Notes under the pieces: model-generated
The model's input: only the letters and a program-made list of their open reading frames with translations
The model's database searches: none
What the model was told of the DNA's origin: nothing
Made by a program: the position numbers and the translations under genes
NCBI GenBank assembly: GCA_964551465.1
Contig: CAZKBR010000001.1
Coordinates: 11,768-75,767 of the forward strand
Reading direction: 5' to 3'
DNA length: 64,000 nucleotides
Source of the DNA: an uncultured Candidatus Bathyarchaeia archaeon
GTDB taxonomy: Archaea; Thermoproteota; Bathyarchaeia; RBG-16-48-13; JAGMEO01
Shown: in pieces, positions 20,038-29,844 of the stretch
How the letters are laid out: every line of letters starts with the position of its first letter
How positions within the stretch are numbered: the stretch's first letter is position 1

Positions 20038-21267
20038 TCACTCAGTTGGCTCAGCCACTCCTTTACAGAGCAGGAACATGGCTGCTGCTTGAGGTAGCTT
20101 CACCCTCTCCTTTTTGTACGGTCCGTAAACCATGTCTCTGACCTCAAATCTGTCAGCCCAGTTCACGTAGATGGCCATGCTGTCCCCCTTGAAAGCGATT
20201 GCCCCGCTGAAGGGGTCAAAGTCCTCTAGATCCTCGACTGGAATTTCTACCACCTTGAAGCCAGTTTTTCCATGAAGGGTCGTCGGCATGCGTATCAGTC
20301 GATGAATGTCTGTTGTGACTACCGTGTCTATGCTCGCGCCCTGCTCCTGTAGGGCGTATTTTGAGATTTTCTCCCAAGTCTTAATCCCCACTCCCCTGAT
20401 GTCTTGCCAAGACGCTCTCCCCCAGGCCTCCATGAAAGCGTCCCTATTGTTGATTATTTTTTCCAGAGCCCTCCTTTCAACTCCCTTGAACTTCTCCAAG
20501 TCCCTGGATGTAGCTGAAGCCAAGAAGTCGTAGATGCCCCTTGCTATCTTTCCCCGCCACCCTTTATCGTTTGGGTCTGGGCCTACTACCATGCCACTCT
20601 TTGTCTCATGTAATTCATGCAGCTCCGGCTTCAACCCTGTTCCAAGAATGTAATCAACGATCTCCTTCCTAGCGAGCTGGTCAAGTCTTCCAATTCCTTC
20701 GTTTTCTATGTGAACGTGGTACCCCCTGTGACCGGAGAAGAAAACTTTTATTTCACTTGAGGAGAAGCCAAAGTCGTCCGTCAAGAAGCCTATTAGCTTT
20801 CGCGTTTCCGTCTTTGTAATTTCCATGCATGTTTTGCACGGCCATATCTCCTCCCTAAAATGCTCTCCCTCACACTTGGAACATTTTGAAGGAGGATCCC
20901 CTCCGCCTATCTCGCCACATTTCTTGCATATCCAGTATGCATGTTTTACCCTACACGGCGTGTTTATGTGGTCCACATCGATGTCGAATATCAGGTCCGC
21001 GCCGAGCCATCCCTTTCTGCTCATATCCTCGTCAGGCCTCTCATAGTATGCTGCCGAGTAGTAGACATCTGAAGGAGCAGTTGACTCAATGAAGCTCCTG
21101 AGGTCTTTTTCAATATGGAATGTCTTGTGGCGAACCATCATGCGTTCTTTGAAGAGAAGGAATCCGAACTCCCTTCTCTCGATGGCTATTGGCGATTGAA
21201 CAGTGTTGTTGTGATAGTAGCTGGCGAATGCCTCCCTGATGAAGCTTTCTACAGATGATCTATCCAC
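20038..21267 (-). CDS. priS: DNA primase small (catalytic) subunit
   Basis: REFGF, YYSxAYY, DLIFDID, FSGxRGYH, DxxVTxDIHRLIRMP. Confidence 0.95.
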   Translation of the reverse strand: MDRSSVESFIREAFASYYHNNTVQSPIAIERREFGFLLFKERMMVRHKTFHIEKDLRSFIESTAPSDVYYSAAYYERPDEDMSRKGWLGADLIFDIDVDHINTPCRVKHAYWICKKCGEIGGGDPPSKCSKCEGEHFREEIWPCKTCMEITKTETRKLIGFLTDDFGFSSSEIKVFFSGHRGYHVHIENEGIGRLDQLARKEIVDYILGTGLKPELHELHETKSGMVVGPDPNDKGWRGKIARGIYDFLASATSRDLEKFKGVERRALEKIINNRDAFMEAWGRASWQDIRGVGIKTWEKISKYALQEQGASIDTVVTTDIHRLIRMPTTLHGKTGFKVVEIPVEDLEDFDPFSGAIAFKGDSMAIYVNWADRFEVRDMVYGPYKKERVKLPQAAAMFLLCKGVAEPTE

Positions 21268-22348
21268 TCTTCACCGCCACCGTTCCCGCTTTTGTTTGCC
21301 TGAGTTTTCTCCTGTAGTAAGCCAGTGGGTGTTTAACCATCTTGCACACGTCGTCCATACCCGGACATAGGCCATGTGTTTTCAGAGTTTCGCATTTTGG
21401 TGGGGTGTACTTTGTACCGGAACCTCTCTTTCCAGCTATGTGCTCAACTTGGTATTTGGTCAAGTTCTTGTCGAAGTCTGTTGCTGAGGTGAACAGCTTA
21501 ACAACGTCTTCGACGCTCAATCCGATGTTCAGTAGAAAAGATGTCAAGGTGAAGCGACCGATGTGGGAGATGCTTTGATTTGAGTGAAAGGACTCGTTTA
21601 GCGCCCTTATGCAAGGTGGGTAGGCTTCCTCTACCATCACCTGTGGCGTCTCCTCGGCTTGAATCGTCTCCTGCTGCGTTACGATCAACTGTGTGATGCT
21701 GCCCACTGCTTGGATTAACGTAGGCGGCAGTTCAGCCCGAATCTTCCCCACAAGTCTTTTTTGGACATGTTTCATCGCCTCCTCGGAGATGAGCCTCGCT
21801 AGCTCATCCTTCATTAGAAAGACGTATCCGTCGGCCATGAACCTGTTTACGAGTTTCCACTTGTAGTCGTGGAAGCTGGGTGCATTCTCTAGGTAGTTGA
21901 TGAAGCTGAGCGCAAAATCGTAGGTTTGACGCGTGGCTCCGACCGCTGTCTTAATGTCCCAGTTGAATGATGAGGAGGCTATCTCGACGAGTTTTTCGTC
22001 TTCCTTCTCGACTCTGAGCAGGTTGTAGGCCTTTTTTGCCTCCGCCAAGGCGTATCTTTTTCTGAGAAAGCTACTTTCGGTTGACAATACCATGACGATC
22101 GAGATGGGAAATGAAATGATTTCAACATCGTAGTTGGGTGCTTCATTCCACCCCACAACTCCGTAGAGGATCGCTTCCTCAACTCTTTCTCTAGCCCTGT
22201 TGATGATCCCATCATAGTCTCGGTTGGCGAGGTCTTCGATCCTCAGGTCTAGGTCCTTTACATATCTAGCTGCTTCGACTGTGAAGGGGTATTTTGCGAT
22301 GTCGGCCTTTGATAGCACCATTTCCTTCTCTGTCAATATACATTGCAA
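21260..22348 (-). CDS. priL: DNA primase large subunit
   Basis: KYPF, WKLVNR, PPC, YQVEH, YxPPxCxT...C...C..HPL Fe-S domain. Confidence 0.94.
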   Translation of the reverse strand: MQCILTEKEMVLSKADIAKYPFTVEAARYVKDLDLRIEDLANRDYDGIINRARERVEEAILYGVVGWNEAPNYDVEIISFPISIVMVLSTESSFLRKRYALAEAKKAYNLLRVEKEDEKLVEIASSSFNWDIKTAVGATRQTYDFALSFINYLENAPSFHDYKWKLVNRFMADGYVFLMKDELARLISEEAMKHVQKRLVGKIRAELPPTLIQAVGSITQLIVTQQETIQAEETPQVMVEEAYPPCIRALNESFHSNQSISHIGRFTLTSFLLNIGLSVEDVVKLFTSATDFDKNLTKYQVEHIAGKRGSGTKYTPPKCETLKTHGLCPGMDDVCKMVKHPLAYYRRKLRQTKAGTVAVKSG

Positions 22349-22365
22349 ACCAAGATTTAAGGGAT

Positions 22366-23139
22366 CTATCCCTCGATTCTCGGAGCAAGATAGTACAGGA
22401 GCTTTCCTTTGTTCGGCAACTCGAAGTTTAGTCTGATAGGCATGTCGGTTGAGAACTCGACTGTGGCCACGCTGGACGATGGTGAGGCTGCCTTGACTAT
22501 GTCGCTTAAGTAGCTCAGGCTGAAGGTTGCTTTTGCCTCTTTGTTAACCTCGAATCCGAGGGCGCTCTCGCTTCCCTCCTCCAGCTCTATTGAAACGCTA
22601 CCGAGGCTGCCCTCAGCCCTCATGATCAGCTTTTCCTTCGTCATCTCCAGCTTGATGTTGTCGCTTACAGTGGAAGCGTCGTCTACGGCGTCTCTAAGGA
22701 ATGATGTCGTGACCCTGGCCTTTGCGTCGAAGGTCACGTTTGGGATAGGTACCTCCTCACTTATCGGTTCCAGAGTTGGCACACTGAGGCTTTTAAGGTA
22801 TCCGTTGCTCAGCCTCATGTTCAACCTGTTTTTGCCCTCGGCCAGCGTCAGTTCAAGTATGCTGCCCTTCTTGACGTTTCTGAGCAGCTTGAGCATCTCG
22901 CTTATGTTTACACAGATCTTCATGGCATCGTCGCAGACATACTCATCGAAGACGGTTTTTGGCCAGTTGAACTCGACCATCGCTACGTGCGATGGGTCCA
23001 TCTCTCTGAGTTTTACTTCTTCGGGAGTCATGTTGAAGCTTGCCTCGTCGACTATTGATGATATGGCCGCGATTGCGTCCTTCCAAGCGACCGCGTCTGA
23101 TATCTTGGCCCTAAACAAGATTGAAAGCCTCCTTAACAA
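22366..23139 (-). CDS. pcn: Sliding clamp PCNA
   Basis: MDPSHVAM, FSLxYL, PIRL, YYLAPR; real start probably slightly downstream. Confidence 0.96.
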   Translation of the reverse strand: MLRRLSILFRAKISDAVAWKDAIAAISSIVDEASFNMTPEEVKLREMDPSHVAMVEFNWPKTVFDEYVCDDAMKICVNISEMLKLLRNVKKGSILELTLAEGKNRLNMRLSNGYLKSLSVPTLEPISEEVPIPNVTFDAKARVTTSFLRDAVDDASTVSDNIKLEMTKEKLIMRAEGSLGSVSIELEEGSESALGFEVNKEAKATFSLSYLSDIVKAASPSSSVATVEFSTDMPIRLNFELPNKGKLLYYLAPRIEG

Positions 23140-23181
23140 ACGTCTCTACGGCTTGTCAAGCCGCTTTGTTCTTGATACTAT

Positions 23182-23376
23182 TTAAGTGGCTGGACTGATT
23201 AACCAGCCTGCCAGCACGACCGCTAGGATAAGGATTACTGCTAGGACAACGATGACTTCTGGGCGGATCTTTAGGCTAGAGGGTGTTTTCTCCTCGTAGA
23301 ATCTGAGTAGGCCTGCGGACGCTGCTGGCATTGGAGCTTCCTCGCCTCTCTTCTTCTTTGAACTCAAACTTGACAC
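23182..23376 (-). CDS. secG: Preprotein translocase subunit Sec61beta/SecG
   Basis: PAxSAGLLRFYEE followed by a single TM helix. Confidence 0.9.
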   Translation of the reverse strand: MSSLSSKKKRGEEAPMPAASAGLLRFYEEKTPSSLKIRPEVIVVLAVILILAVVLAGWLISPAT

Positions 23377-23587
23377 CTCTAAGGAGATTGTTTTGTGGTC
23401 GGAGATTAATGTTTCGTATACTGCAGGATAAGTTCATATGACTGACCTTTGTTTTAAGAGTGCCGATGACCCTTGCTCTACGATGTTGATGGAATATGTT
23501 TCGCTTGGACGCCTAAAATATTTTTTATTTTTTAAGTCTTCGGAAAATGATTCTTTTTGTGAAAGGGGAGTGGAATGCAAAGATCTC

Positions 23588-23647
23588 ACTGGATTCTACT
23601 GGAATCCACTGGAACCTACTGGAATTTACTGGAATCTGCTGGAATTT
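23588..23647 (+). repeat. Six tandem 10-bp repeats, consensus ACTGGAATYT
   Basis: actggattct actggaatcc actggaacct actggaattt actggaatct gctggaattt. Confidence 0.95.
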
Positions 23648-23672
23648 AAAGGAAATGGGAGGAGATTTTGGG

Positions 23673-23939
23673 ATGGTTGAGTTCCATACGAGGCTGGCGA
23701 CGCGAGGGCGCGTCCACATCCCAAAGGTTATTGTTGAGCGGTGGATGCTCTGGAGAGACACGCTAATTCACGTTCGAGTCTTGCTCTGTGGCCAGCTTCG
23801 GTCGGTCGAGTTTGATACTAGGATTCGATCTGGCTTCTGCTTCGTGATCCCAGAAAACGAGCTAAAGATACTCCAGGCTGAGCGTGGTGCCATGCTGAAG
23901 GTCGATGTCTCAAAGGTTGACGTTCAAGAAGCGAAGTAG
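23673..23939 (+). CDS. 88-aa protein with two tandem AbrB/SpoVT-like modules
   Basis: GGAGGAG RBS before the ATG; internal duplication VEFHTRLATRGRVHIPK / VEFDTRIRSGFCFVIPE. Confidence 0.65.
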   Translation: MVEFHTRLATRGRVHIPKVIVERWMLWRDTLIHVRVLLCGQLRSVEFDTRIRSGFCFVIPENELKILQAERGAMLKVDVSKVDVQEAK

Positions 23940-24416
23940 CGCCTGAGCGCCTTCTTGGCAAGGTCACGGCTTCTCCTGACGGAGGAGTCTTCTGAGGAAG
24001 CTTCAATTAAGAACAGGAGGCAAGAGATAAATCGCTTGACCGTGGTTGAACGATATCTTGAATATGTCTGCACATATGAAGGACTCATGTTGTTTCGGAA
24101 GCTAAATGAAGATCCTCGAAAGGTGCCCAGGAACCTGTAAAACCGCATTTACATAGACTCGTGGAGATATCTCCCGCAACATCCCCACTTTTCTATTTTT
24201 GGTTTCTATTTCGATTGGCGAGCCGTGGCTAAATCACTGATATATGATGGCTTGGAGGACACCGGCCCTTAAGGGTTAGTTTATACCAACCCCCATTTTT
24301 GTTATGTCGGACGCTATCTATCCAAACAAATTCGATCGACTAACCCTTTTCGCGTGTGGGTTTAAAAACAGGGAAGACGTTCTTATGGAAGAGGATCGGA
24401 CCAGCGAGGGAAAGAA

Positions 24417-24725
24417 GTGGGAAAGAAGAGGGTTATCACAGAGAAAGATATAAAGGAACTGGTGCTACCGGGACAAGGAGAGGTCTTGGGAATCGTAGTC
24501 AAGTTACTAGGATACGACAGACTACGCGTAAAGTGTACAGATGGATACACAAGGATGTGCCGGATCAAAGGCAAGATGAAGAGAAGAGTCTGGATAAAAG
24601 AGGGAGATACGGTCCTCATAGCACCCTGGGACTTCCAACAAGATGAGAAGGGGGACGTGATGTGGAGATACACGCATGCTCAGACAGAGTGGCTTCGAAA
24701 CCATGGATACATCAAGACAGAGTAG
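24417..24725 (+). CDS. eif1a: Translation initiation factor 1A
   Basis: LLGxxRxxVxCxDG, RIxGKMKRRVWI, PWDFQ, WRY. Confidence 0.96.
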   Translation: MGKKRVITEKDIKELVLPGQGEVLGIVVKLLGYDRLRVKCTDGYTRMCRIKGKMKRRVWIKEGDTVLIAPWDFQQDEKGDVMWRYTHAQTEWLRNHGYIKTE

Positions 24726-24740
24726 AGGCTAGAAGTACCT

Positions 24741-25526
24741 ATGAGCAAGAGCGTCGAGGAGAAACTGGTAAGGAAGGAGAGACTGTACGAAAAAGAACAA
24801 CTGATGAAGAGGAAGAGGTCAGAGGAGTACGAGGCCTTGGAAGAGGTCTTCGACCGCCCGACCCTGATGACCCTCTACGTCCTCCTAAACCAAGGAACAA
24901 TCAAGAGAATAGGGGGCGTCGTCAAGTCTGGAAAAGAGGCCAGAATATACCACGGCATAGACCCTGAAGGAAGGGACCTCGCCGTAAAAATTTACCTAAC
25001 TGTCTCGGCCGGATTCAGGAAAGGAAGACTAAAATATATTCAAGGAGACCCGAGGTTCAAGAGCGTCAAACAGGACACGCGCTCCTTCGTCTACGCTTGG
25101 ACGCAAAAGGAGTACAAAAACCTCCAGAGGGCAAACGAATCAGGTATACGTGTGCCGAAACCGATCGAGGTCAAAAAGAACATTCTAGTTATGGAGTTCA
25201 TAGGCGATGGAAACGTATCGGCCCCACTTCTCAGAGAAGCCTCCCCAAAGGATCCAGAGGACATGTATCTTCGCCTACTCAAATGCGTTAAGGACCTCTA
25301 CAGAAAGGCAGGTCTCGTCCACGGAGACCTCAGCGAATACAACGTTATGAACTGGAAGGAAAGACCAGTCATCTTTGATATGGCACAAGCGGTGCTCCTT
25401 GAACACCCAATGGCAGAGCAATTCCTACGTAGGGATATAACCAATCTAGACCACTTCTTCAGGAAGCTTGGCGTAAAGGTTAACAACGCCGAAGAAACAT
25501 ACAAGTGGGTAACTCAAGATGACTGA
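24741..25526 (+). CDS. rio1: RIO1 serine kinase
   Basis: SGKEA, AVKIY, LVHGDLSEYN, FDxxQAV. Confidence 0.95.
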   Translation: MSKSVEEKLVRKERLYEKEQLMKRKRSEEYEALEEVFDRPTLMTLYVLLNQGTIKRIGGVVKSGKEARIYHGIDPEGRDLAVKIYLTVSAGFRKGRLKYIQGDPRFKSVKQDTRSFVYAWTQKEYKNLQRANESGIRVPKPIEVKKNILVMEFIGDGNVSAPLLREASPKDPEDMYLRLLKCVKDLYRKAGLVHGDLSEYNVMNWKERPVIFDMAQAVLLEHPMAEQFLRRDITNLDHFFRKLGVKVNNAEETYKWVTQDD

Positions 25527-26100
25527 GGGCACGCAACACATATTGATACCAAAGGAGCGAGTCGGCGCCCTCATAGGCAAAAAGGGGATCGTGAAGAGAA
25601 AGGTTGAGGAAGCGCTCAATGTTGAAATGAACATCGACAGTGGAACAGGAAGCGTAGGGATCAAACTGAGACCAGACGCACCAGACTCAACATCGATACT
25701 TAATGCCAGAGGTGTTGTAAACGCCATCGGTAAGGGTTTTTCTCCGGAAGCCGCTTTCAGACTCCTAGATGATGGCGTGATTTTGAGGGTAATGGATCTA
25801 AGAGATTACTTTGGAAAGTCGGTCTCAGACACCCAGAGGATTAAGGGCAGGATTATTGGAAAAAAAGGAAGGACAAGGACGCTGATCGAGAACCTAACTG
25901 GAGTAGATCTCTCTGTCTACGGACACACTATTTCCATTATCGGGAACCCTCTGCAGTTAGAAGTCGCCGTGGGAGCCGTGAAAATGCTGATTGAAGGCAG
26001 ATTACATAAGACCGTTTACGGCTACCTCTACCGCAAAAGGAGGGAGCTGAAAGAGGAGGAGCTGAAGATTTGGGAGACTCCTTCATCAAAGCTTTATTGA
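25519..26100 (+). CDS. KH-domain RNA-processing protein (Dim2/Pno1)
   Basis: RVGALIGKKG, GFSPE, GRIIGxxGRTR; conserved aIF1A-Rio1-KH cluster. Confidence 0.92.
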   Translation: MTEGTQHILIPKERVGALIGKKGIVKRKVEEALNVEMNIDSGTGSVGIKLRPDAPDSTSILNARGVVNAIGKGFSPEAAFRLLDDGVILRVMDLRDYFGKSVSDTQRIKGRIIGKKGRTRTLIENLTGVDLSVYGHTISIIGNPLQLEVAVGAVKMLIEGRLHKTVYGYLYRKRRELKEEELKIWETPSSKLY

Positions 26101-26172
26101 GAAATGAGGCCACCCAGAATTAGGTTTTAAATGTTTCTACATGAACTTCATTATGAGCTGTAGGGAGGTACG

Positions 26173-27702
26173 ATGTCGGAGGTTTTTGAGGAAATCAGTC
26201 CAGCTGATTTCTTTTACAGGAACCGAGATTTAGCTGGCTTCAGTAACCCAACCCGCGCCGTCTACGCCATAGTTAGGGAGCTTGTAGAAAACTCGCTGGA
26301 CGCATGCGAGCTGGTCAGAATCCCACCAGACATCTATGTTCGTCTATCTAGGGAAAAACCCCTAGGCGAGGGCGAAGAGGTCTACAGCATAAGAGTGACC
26401 GATAATGGAAGCGGCGTCCCACTCGAATACATTCCATCAGCCTTTGGCCAAATTCTGTTTGGATCAAAGTACACGCTGAGACAGGTTCGGGGAACATTTG
26501 GCCTAGGCGGGAAGATGGCCATTCTCTACGGACAGATAACAACTCACAGCTCAGCTCACATAATGTCAAGCACGGGAACCGAAAAAATAAATGAATTTGT
26601 CATATCCATCGACATCCAGCGGAATAGACCGATCATCTTGAAAAGAAAGGTTCACTCCAACAAGAGAAAGTGGCACGGAACAGTCATCGAATTCGCCTTT
26701 GACGGAAACTACACCAGGGCGATGAGCAACATTCTCGAGTACTTAATGCAGACTGCCATTGCCTGCCCGTACGCAAACATCGTTTTCGTCGACCCAAGAG
26801 GCAGACTTTACAGATTCGACAGAACAACAAGGAAGATGCCCGTCCCACCCAAGGAAACACTTCCGCATCCATACGGCGTCGACGTTGAAACGATTCAGAG
26901 AATAGTCAACGCAACAGATTGCTCAGATATGTTTTGTTTCTTGACGAGGCACTTCCATCGCGTTGGCAAGAACACTGCTGAAAACTTTTGTAGATATGCT
27001 GGACTTAAGACAGGAAGAGATCCTAAGTCTCTAACACCGGACGAAATAGTCGGGTTGGTGAGGGCTATGAAGAGTTTTAAGGGCTTCTTGCCTCCGTCAG
27101 CCTCTTGCCTCTCGCCCATAGGCGTCGAGTTGCTTGAGCTTGGCGTTAGAAAGGAGTTGAACCCCGAGTTCGTTGCTGTTGAGCAGCGCACTCCATCAGC
27201 TTACTCCGGATTTCCATTCATTATCGAGATCGGCATAGCATATGGTGGTGGGGTGCCAGATAAGCCTGGAGTCTCCCTGTATAGATTTGCAAACAGGATA
27301 CCCCTACTGTTTGATGAGTCAAGTGACGTTGCTTGGAAAGTTGTCAATAACATGATTAACTGGAGGTACTATAATGTCACACCGGACATGCCCATTGCTC
27401 TGATCGTGCACATCTGCTCGACGAGAATCCCCTATAAGACCGTTGGAAAGGAGTTTATTGCTGACCGCCCTGAGGTTGAGGCTGAGTTGCTGAGCGGGGC
27501 GAGAGAGGTTGCTAGGCGGCTTTCACGCTTCCTCTCTAGAAAGATCAGTTTTGAGCACGAGAAGAGGAGGATCGCCATCTTCGCCAAGTTTCTGCCTAAG
27601 ATTGCCAGATTCTCAACAGAGTTAGCTGGCGAGGAGAAGATACCTGACATTAATCGCCTTTTGGAGGGTTTATCAAAGTATGATGAAAAAGAGGAGAGTT
27701 AG
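26173..27702 (+). CDS. top6B: DNA topoisomerase VI subunit B
   Basis: ELVENSLDA, DNGSG, GSK, RGxFGLG, RFANRIPL. Confidence 0.97.
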   Translation: MSEVFEEISPADFFYRNRDLAGFSNPTRAVYAIVRELVENSLDACELVRIPPDIYVRLSREKPLGEGEEVYSIRVTDNGSGVPLEYIPSAFGQILFGSKYTLRQVRGTFGLGGKMAILYGQITTHSSAHIMSSTGTEKINEFVISIDIQRNRPIILKRKVHSNKRKWHGTVIEFAFDGNYTRAMSNILEYLMQTAIACPYANIVFVDPRGRLYRFDRTTRKMPVPPKETLPHPYGVDVETIQRIVNATDCSDMFCFLTRHFHRVGKNTAENFCRYAGLKTGRDPKSLTPDEIVGLVRAMKSFKGFLPPSASCLSPIGVELLELGVRKELNPEFVAVEQRTPSAYSGFPFIIEIGIAYGGGVPDKPGVSLYRFANRIPLLFDESSDVAWKVVNNMINWRYYNVTPDMPIALIVHICSTRIPYKTVGKEFIADRPEVEAELLSGAREVARRLSRFLSRKISFEHEKRRIAIFAKFLPKIARFSTELAGEEKIPDINRLLEGLSKYDEKEES

Positions 27703-28780
27703 CGCAGTTTCAGCTGAGGAGAGAAGGGTTTCCACCATGAAGTCCTTGGAGGCTTTTGGGGAGAACCTCTACGACCAGATGATTGACGGAACGTTTCCTT
27801 GGGTGAGGATACCGAGCCGTTCGACGGCGAACATTCATTACGATGAGAAGAATCGTCAGTACATCTTAGGAGAGAAGAGCGTCAGGAGGAGCTCTAGGAA
27901 TATACGCCACATTAGACCCCTCACTAGGCTTGTTTGGACAGCTCGTTTTGCCCACGGCCTCTGTGATGTTAAGAAGACCTCCACCCTAAGGGACGTGTTC
28001 TACTCAGCCCAGGCATATGATGTCAACTTCAAAGATCAAGCTGAGTCTGACAACATAATTACAGACTTAGAGTCTGTCTTAAAATATGCCCGAGAAGACT
28101 TCAATGTCTTTCCCGAAGAGAGAAGTGCTGTTTTTGGTGACTTGACCGTTGAGTACACTGTTCCCGGATATGAAGGCAAGAGGCTTAACTTGACAACCCA
28201 CCCTGACGGCATCATGATCGGACCTGCCCTTACTAGTGCAGATCTCATTGAAACCTCAGCTCAGAGGATCATCGTGATTGAGAAGGGAGCAATGTTCACT
28301 AGGCTCGTCGAGGAAGGAGCCTTTAAGGAGTTCAATGCCATCCTTGTTCACACCGCGGGTCAGCCTCCTAGGGCCACGAGGTGTTTTGTGAAGAGGTTGA
28401 ACGAGGAACTTGACCTTCCAGTTTTTATCTTCTGTGATGCCGACCCTTGGGGCATGGCGATAGCAGTTACCATAATCTGTGGCAGTGCAAACGCAGCCCA
28501 TATCAGGGGGCTCACAGCGCCAGAAGCCGTTTGGATGGGTGTTTACAGTACAGACATTGAGAAGTACGGTTTGCCTAGTGAGGGACTAAGCGAAGTGGAC
28601 ATCAAAAGGTTACGAGACATGCTGAAGGATCCTAGATACCAGGATGAACCATGGACTGATCAAATCAATGAGTTTCTAAAGCGTAGGAGAAAGTGTGAGT
28701 TAGAGGCCTTCTCCAGATACGGCTTGGACTACGTGGTGAAGAAGTATCTGCCAGACAAGTTTGGTGAGTTTAGTGTCTAA
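27680..28780 (+). CDS. top6A: DNA topoisomerase VI subunit A
   Basis: TLRDVFY catalytic Tyr, IEK, DADPWG TOPRIM, KxELEA. Confidence 0.96.
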   Translation: MMKKRRVSAVSAEERRVSTMKSLEAFGENLYDQMIDGTFPWVRIPSRSTANIHYDEKNRQYILGEKSVRRSSRNIRHIRPLTRLVWTARFAHGLCDVKKTSTLRDVFYSAQAYDVNFKDQAESDNIITDLESVLKYAREDFNVFPEERSAVFGDLTVEYTVPGYEGKRLNLTTHPDGIMIGPALTSADLIETSAQRIIVIEKGAMFTRLVEEGAFKEFNAILVHTAGQPPRATRCFVKRLNEELDLPVFIFCDADPWGMAIAVTIICGSANAAHIRGLTAPEAVWMGVYSTDIEKYGLPSEGLSEVDIKRLRDMLKDPRYQDEPWTDQINEFLKRRRKCELEAFSRYGLDYVVKKYLPDKFGEFSV

Positions 28781-28926
28781 GAGAATGCCAGTGCAAGGGT
28801 GGTTTGGTTTCGCATTTTGAGCCTAATCATCTACAAGTCAGTCGAAATCCTTAACGATCACATTTTCGCGCGCGCCTCGGGCCACTATGTGCTATTTATT
28901 CAGGTCTCAGTGGTCCATAGATCCAG

Positions 28927-29817
28927 TTATTCTTCGCCCCTTCTATAGGGTTTTCCAAGTGCTGAAGGAGCTCCCATGCGTCTTCTGAAGGTTTCTCTCG
29001 TACCAATCACCAATATCAGTATCGTGAGGATGAATGGTAAAGTTCCGAGTAGACTGGGGGAGACGCCAAGGGGCTGGAGACGATATTGCAAGATTTCAAT
29101 TCCACCAAAGAGCCATGAGCCGAACAGTGCGCCACGGGGATCCCATGAAGCGAAGATCGTCAATGCCAGAACGATCCAGCCGCGCCCTACGGTCATGTTC
29201 TGCGTCCATGAGGGGATATATGAGACCGAAAGATAGGCGCCTGACAGCCCCGCAAGTATGCCGCCGAACAGAGTACAGGCATAACGAACGAGTTGGACAT
29301 CTATGCCGAGGAGATCAGCTGCGGCTGGATTTTCTCCAACCGACCTGATGTTGATCCCGGCCTTGGTCTTGAATAGCACAAACCATAGTATTGGGACTAG
29401 AAGGATGAAGAGGAACACGAGTGGATCAAAGTCGAATAATATTGGCGTTAGCGAGTAGCCCGATATACCAACATATCCTTGGCCTATTAGACTGCTTAAA
29501 CCCAAGCCGACCATCGCCAGTGCGAGGCCTGATATGTATTGGTTCACTCTCATTGTGATGCTCATGAAAGCATGTATAAAGGCCATTAATGCACCAACTA
29601 CAGCAGCCGCGATGACGCCTAACCAGACATTATGTGTCATCTGGGCAACAACGAACGCGGTGACAGCCCCCATGATCATCATTCCTTCCACACCTAGATT
29701 TAGCACTCCAGATCTCTCAGTATAAATTTCGCCAAGAGTTCCTGCCAACAAGGGTGAACCGGCTCTGATAGTGGCTTCAAATGTGTTCACGAGGAATGCC
29801 ATGAGTTCCTGAGACAT
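28927..29817 (-). CDS. Nucleoside/sugar ABC transporter permease
   Basis: ERSGVLNLGVEG, GENPxAA, GRGWIVLA, APxALG. Confidence 0.92.
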   Translation of the reverse strand: MSQELMAFLVNTFEATIRAGSPLLAGTLGEIYTERSGVLNLGVEGMMIMGAVTAFVVAQMTHNVWLGVIAAAVVGALMAFIHAFMSITMRVNQYISGLALAMVGLGLSSLIGQGYVGISGYSLTPILFDFDPLVFLFILLVPILWFVLFKTKAGINIRSVGENPAAADLLGIDVQLVRYACTLFGGILAGLSGAYLSVSYIPSWTQNMTVGRGWIVLALTIFASWDPRGALFGSWLFGGIEILQYRLQPLGVSPSLLGTLPFILTILILVIGTRETFRRRMGAPSALGKPYRRGEE

Positions 29818-29844
29818 TTTACCTCGTCTCCTGATTCATATCGA

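Noticed and set aside
23588..23647. Possible CRISPR array
   Set aside because: Units are 10 bp and contiguous with no spacers, and there are no cas genes in the window.
23547..23672. N-terminal extension of the 130-aa ORF through the 10-bp repeats
   Set aside because: A 10-bp period is not codon-phased, and a strong RBS precedes ATG 23673, so the repeats are probably non-coding.
23955..24140. 61-aa ORF downstream of the AbrB-like gene as a possible toxin partner
   Set aside because: TTG start, no recognisable PIN/RelE/MazF motif; cannot be supported as a gene.
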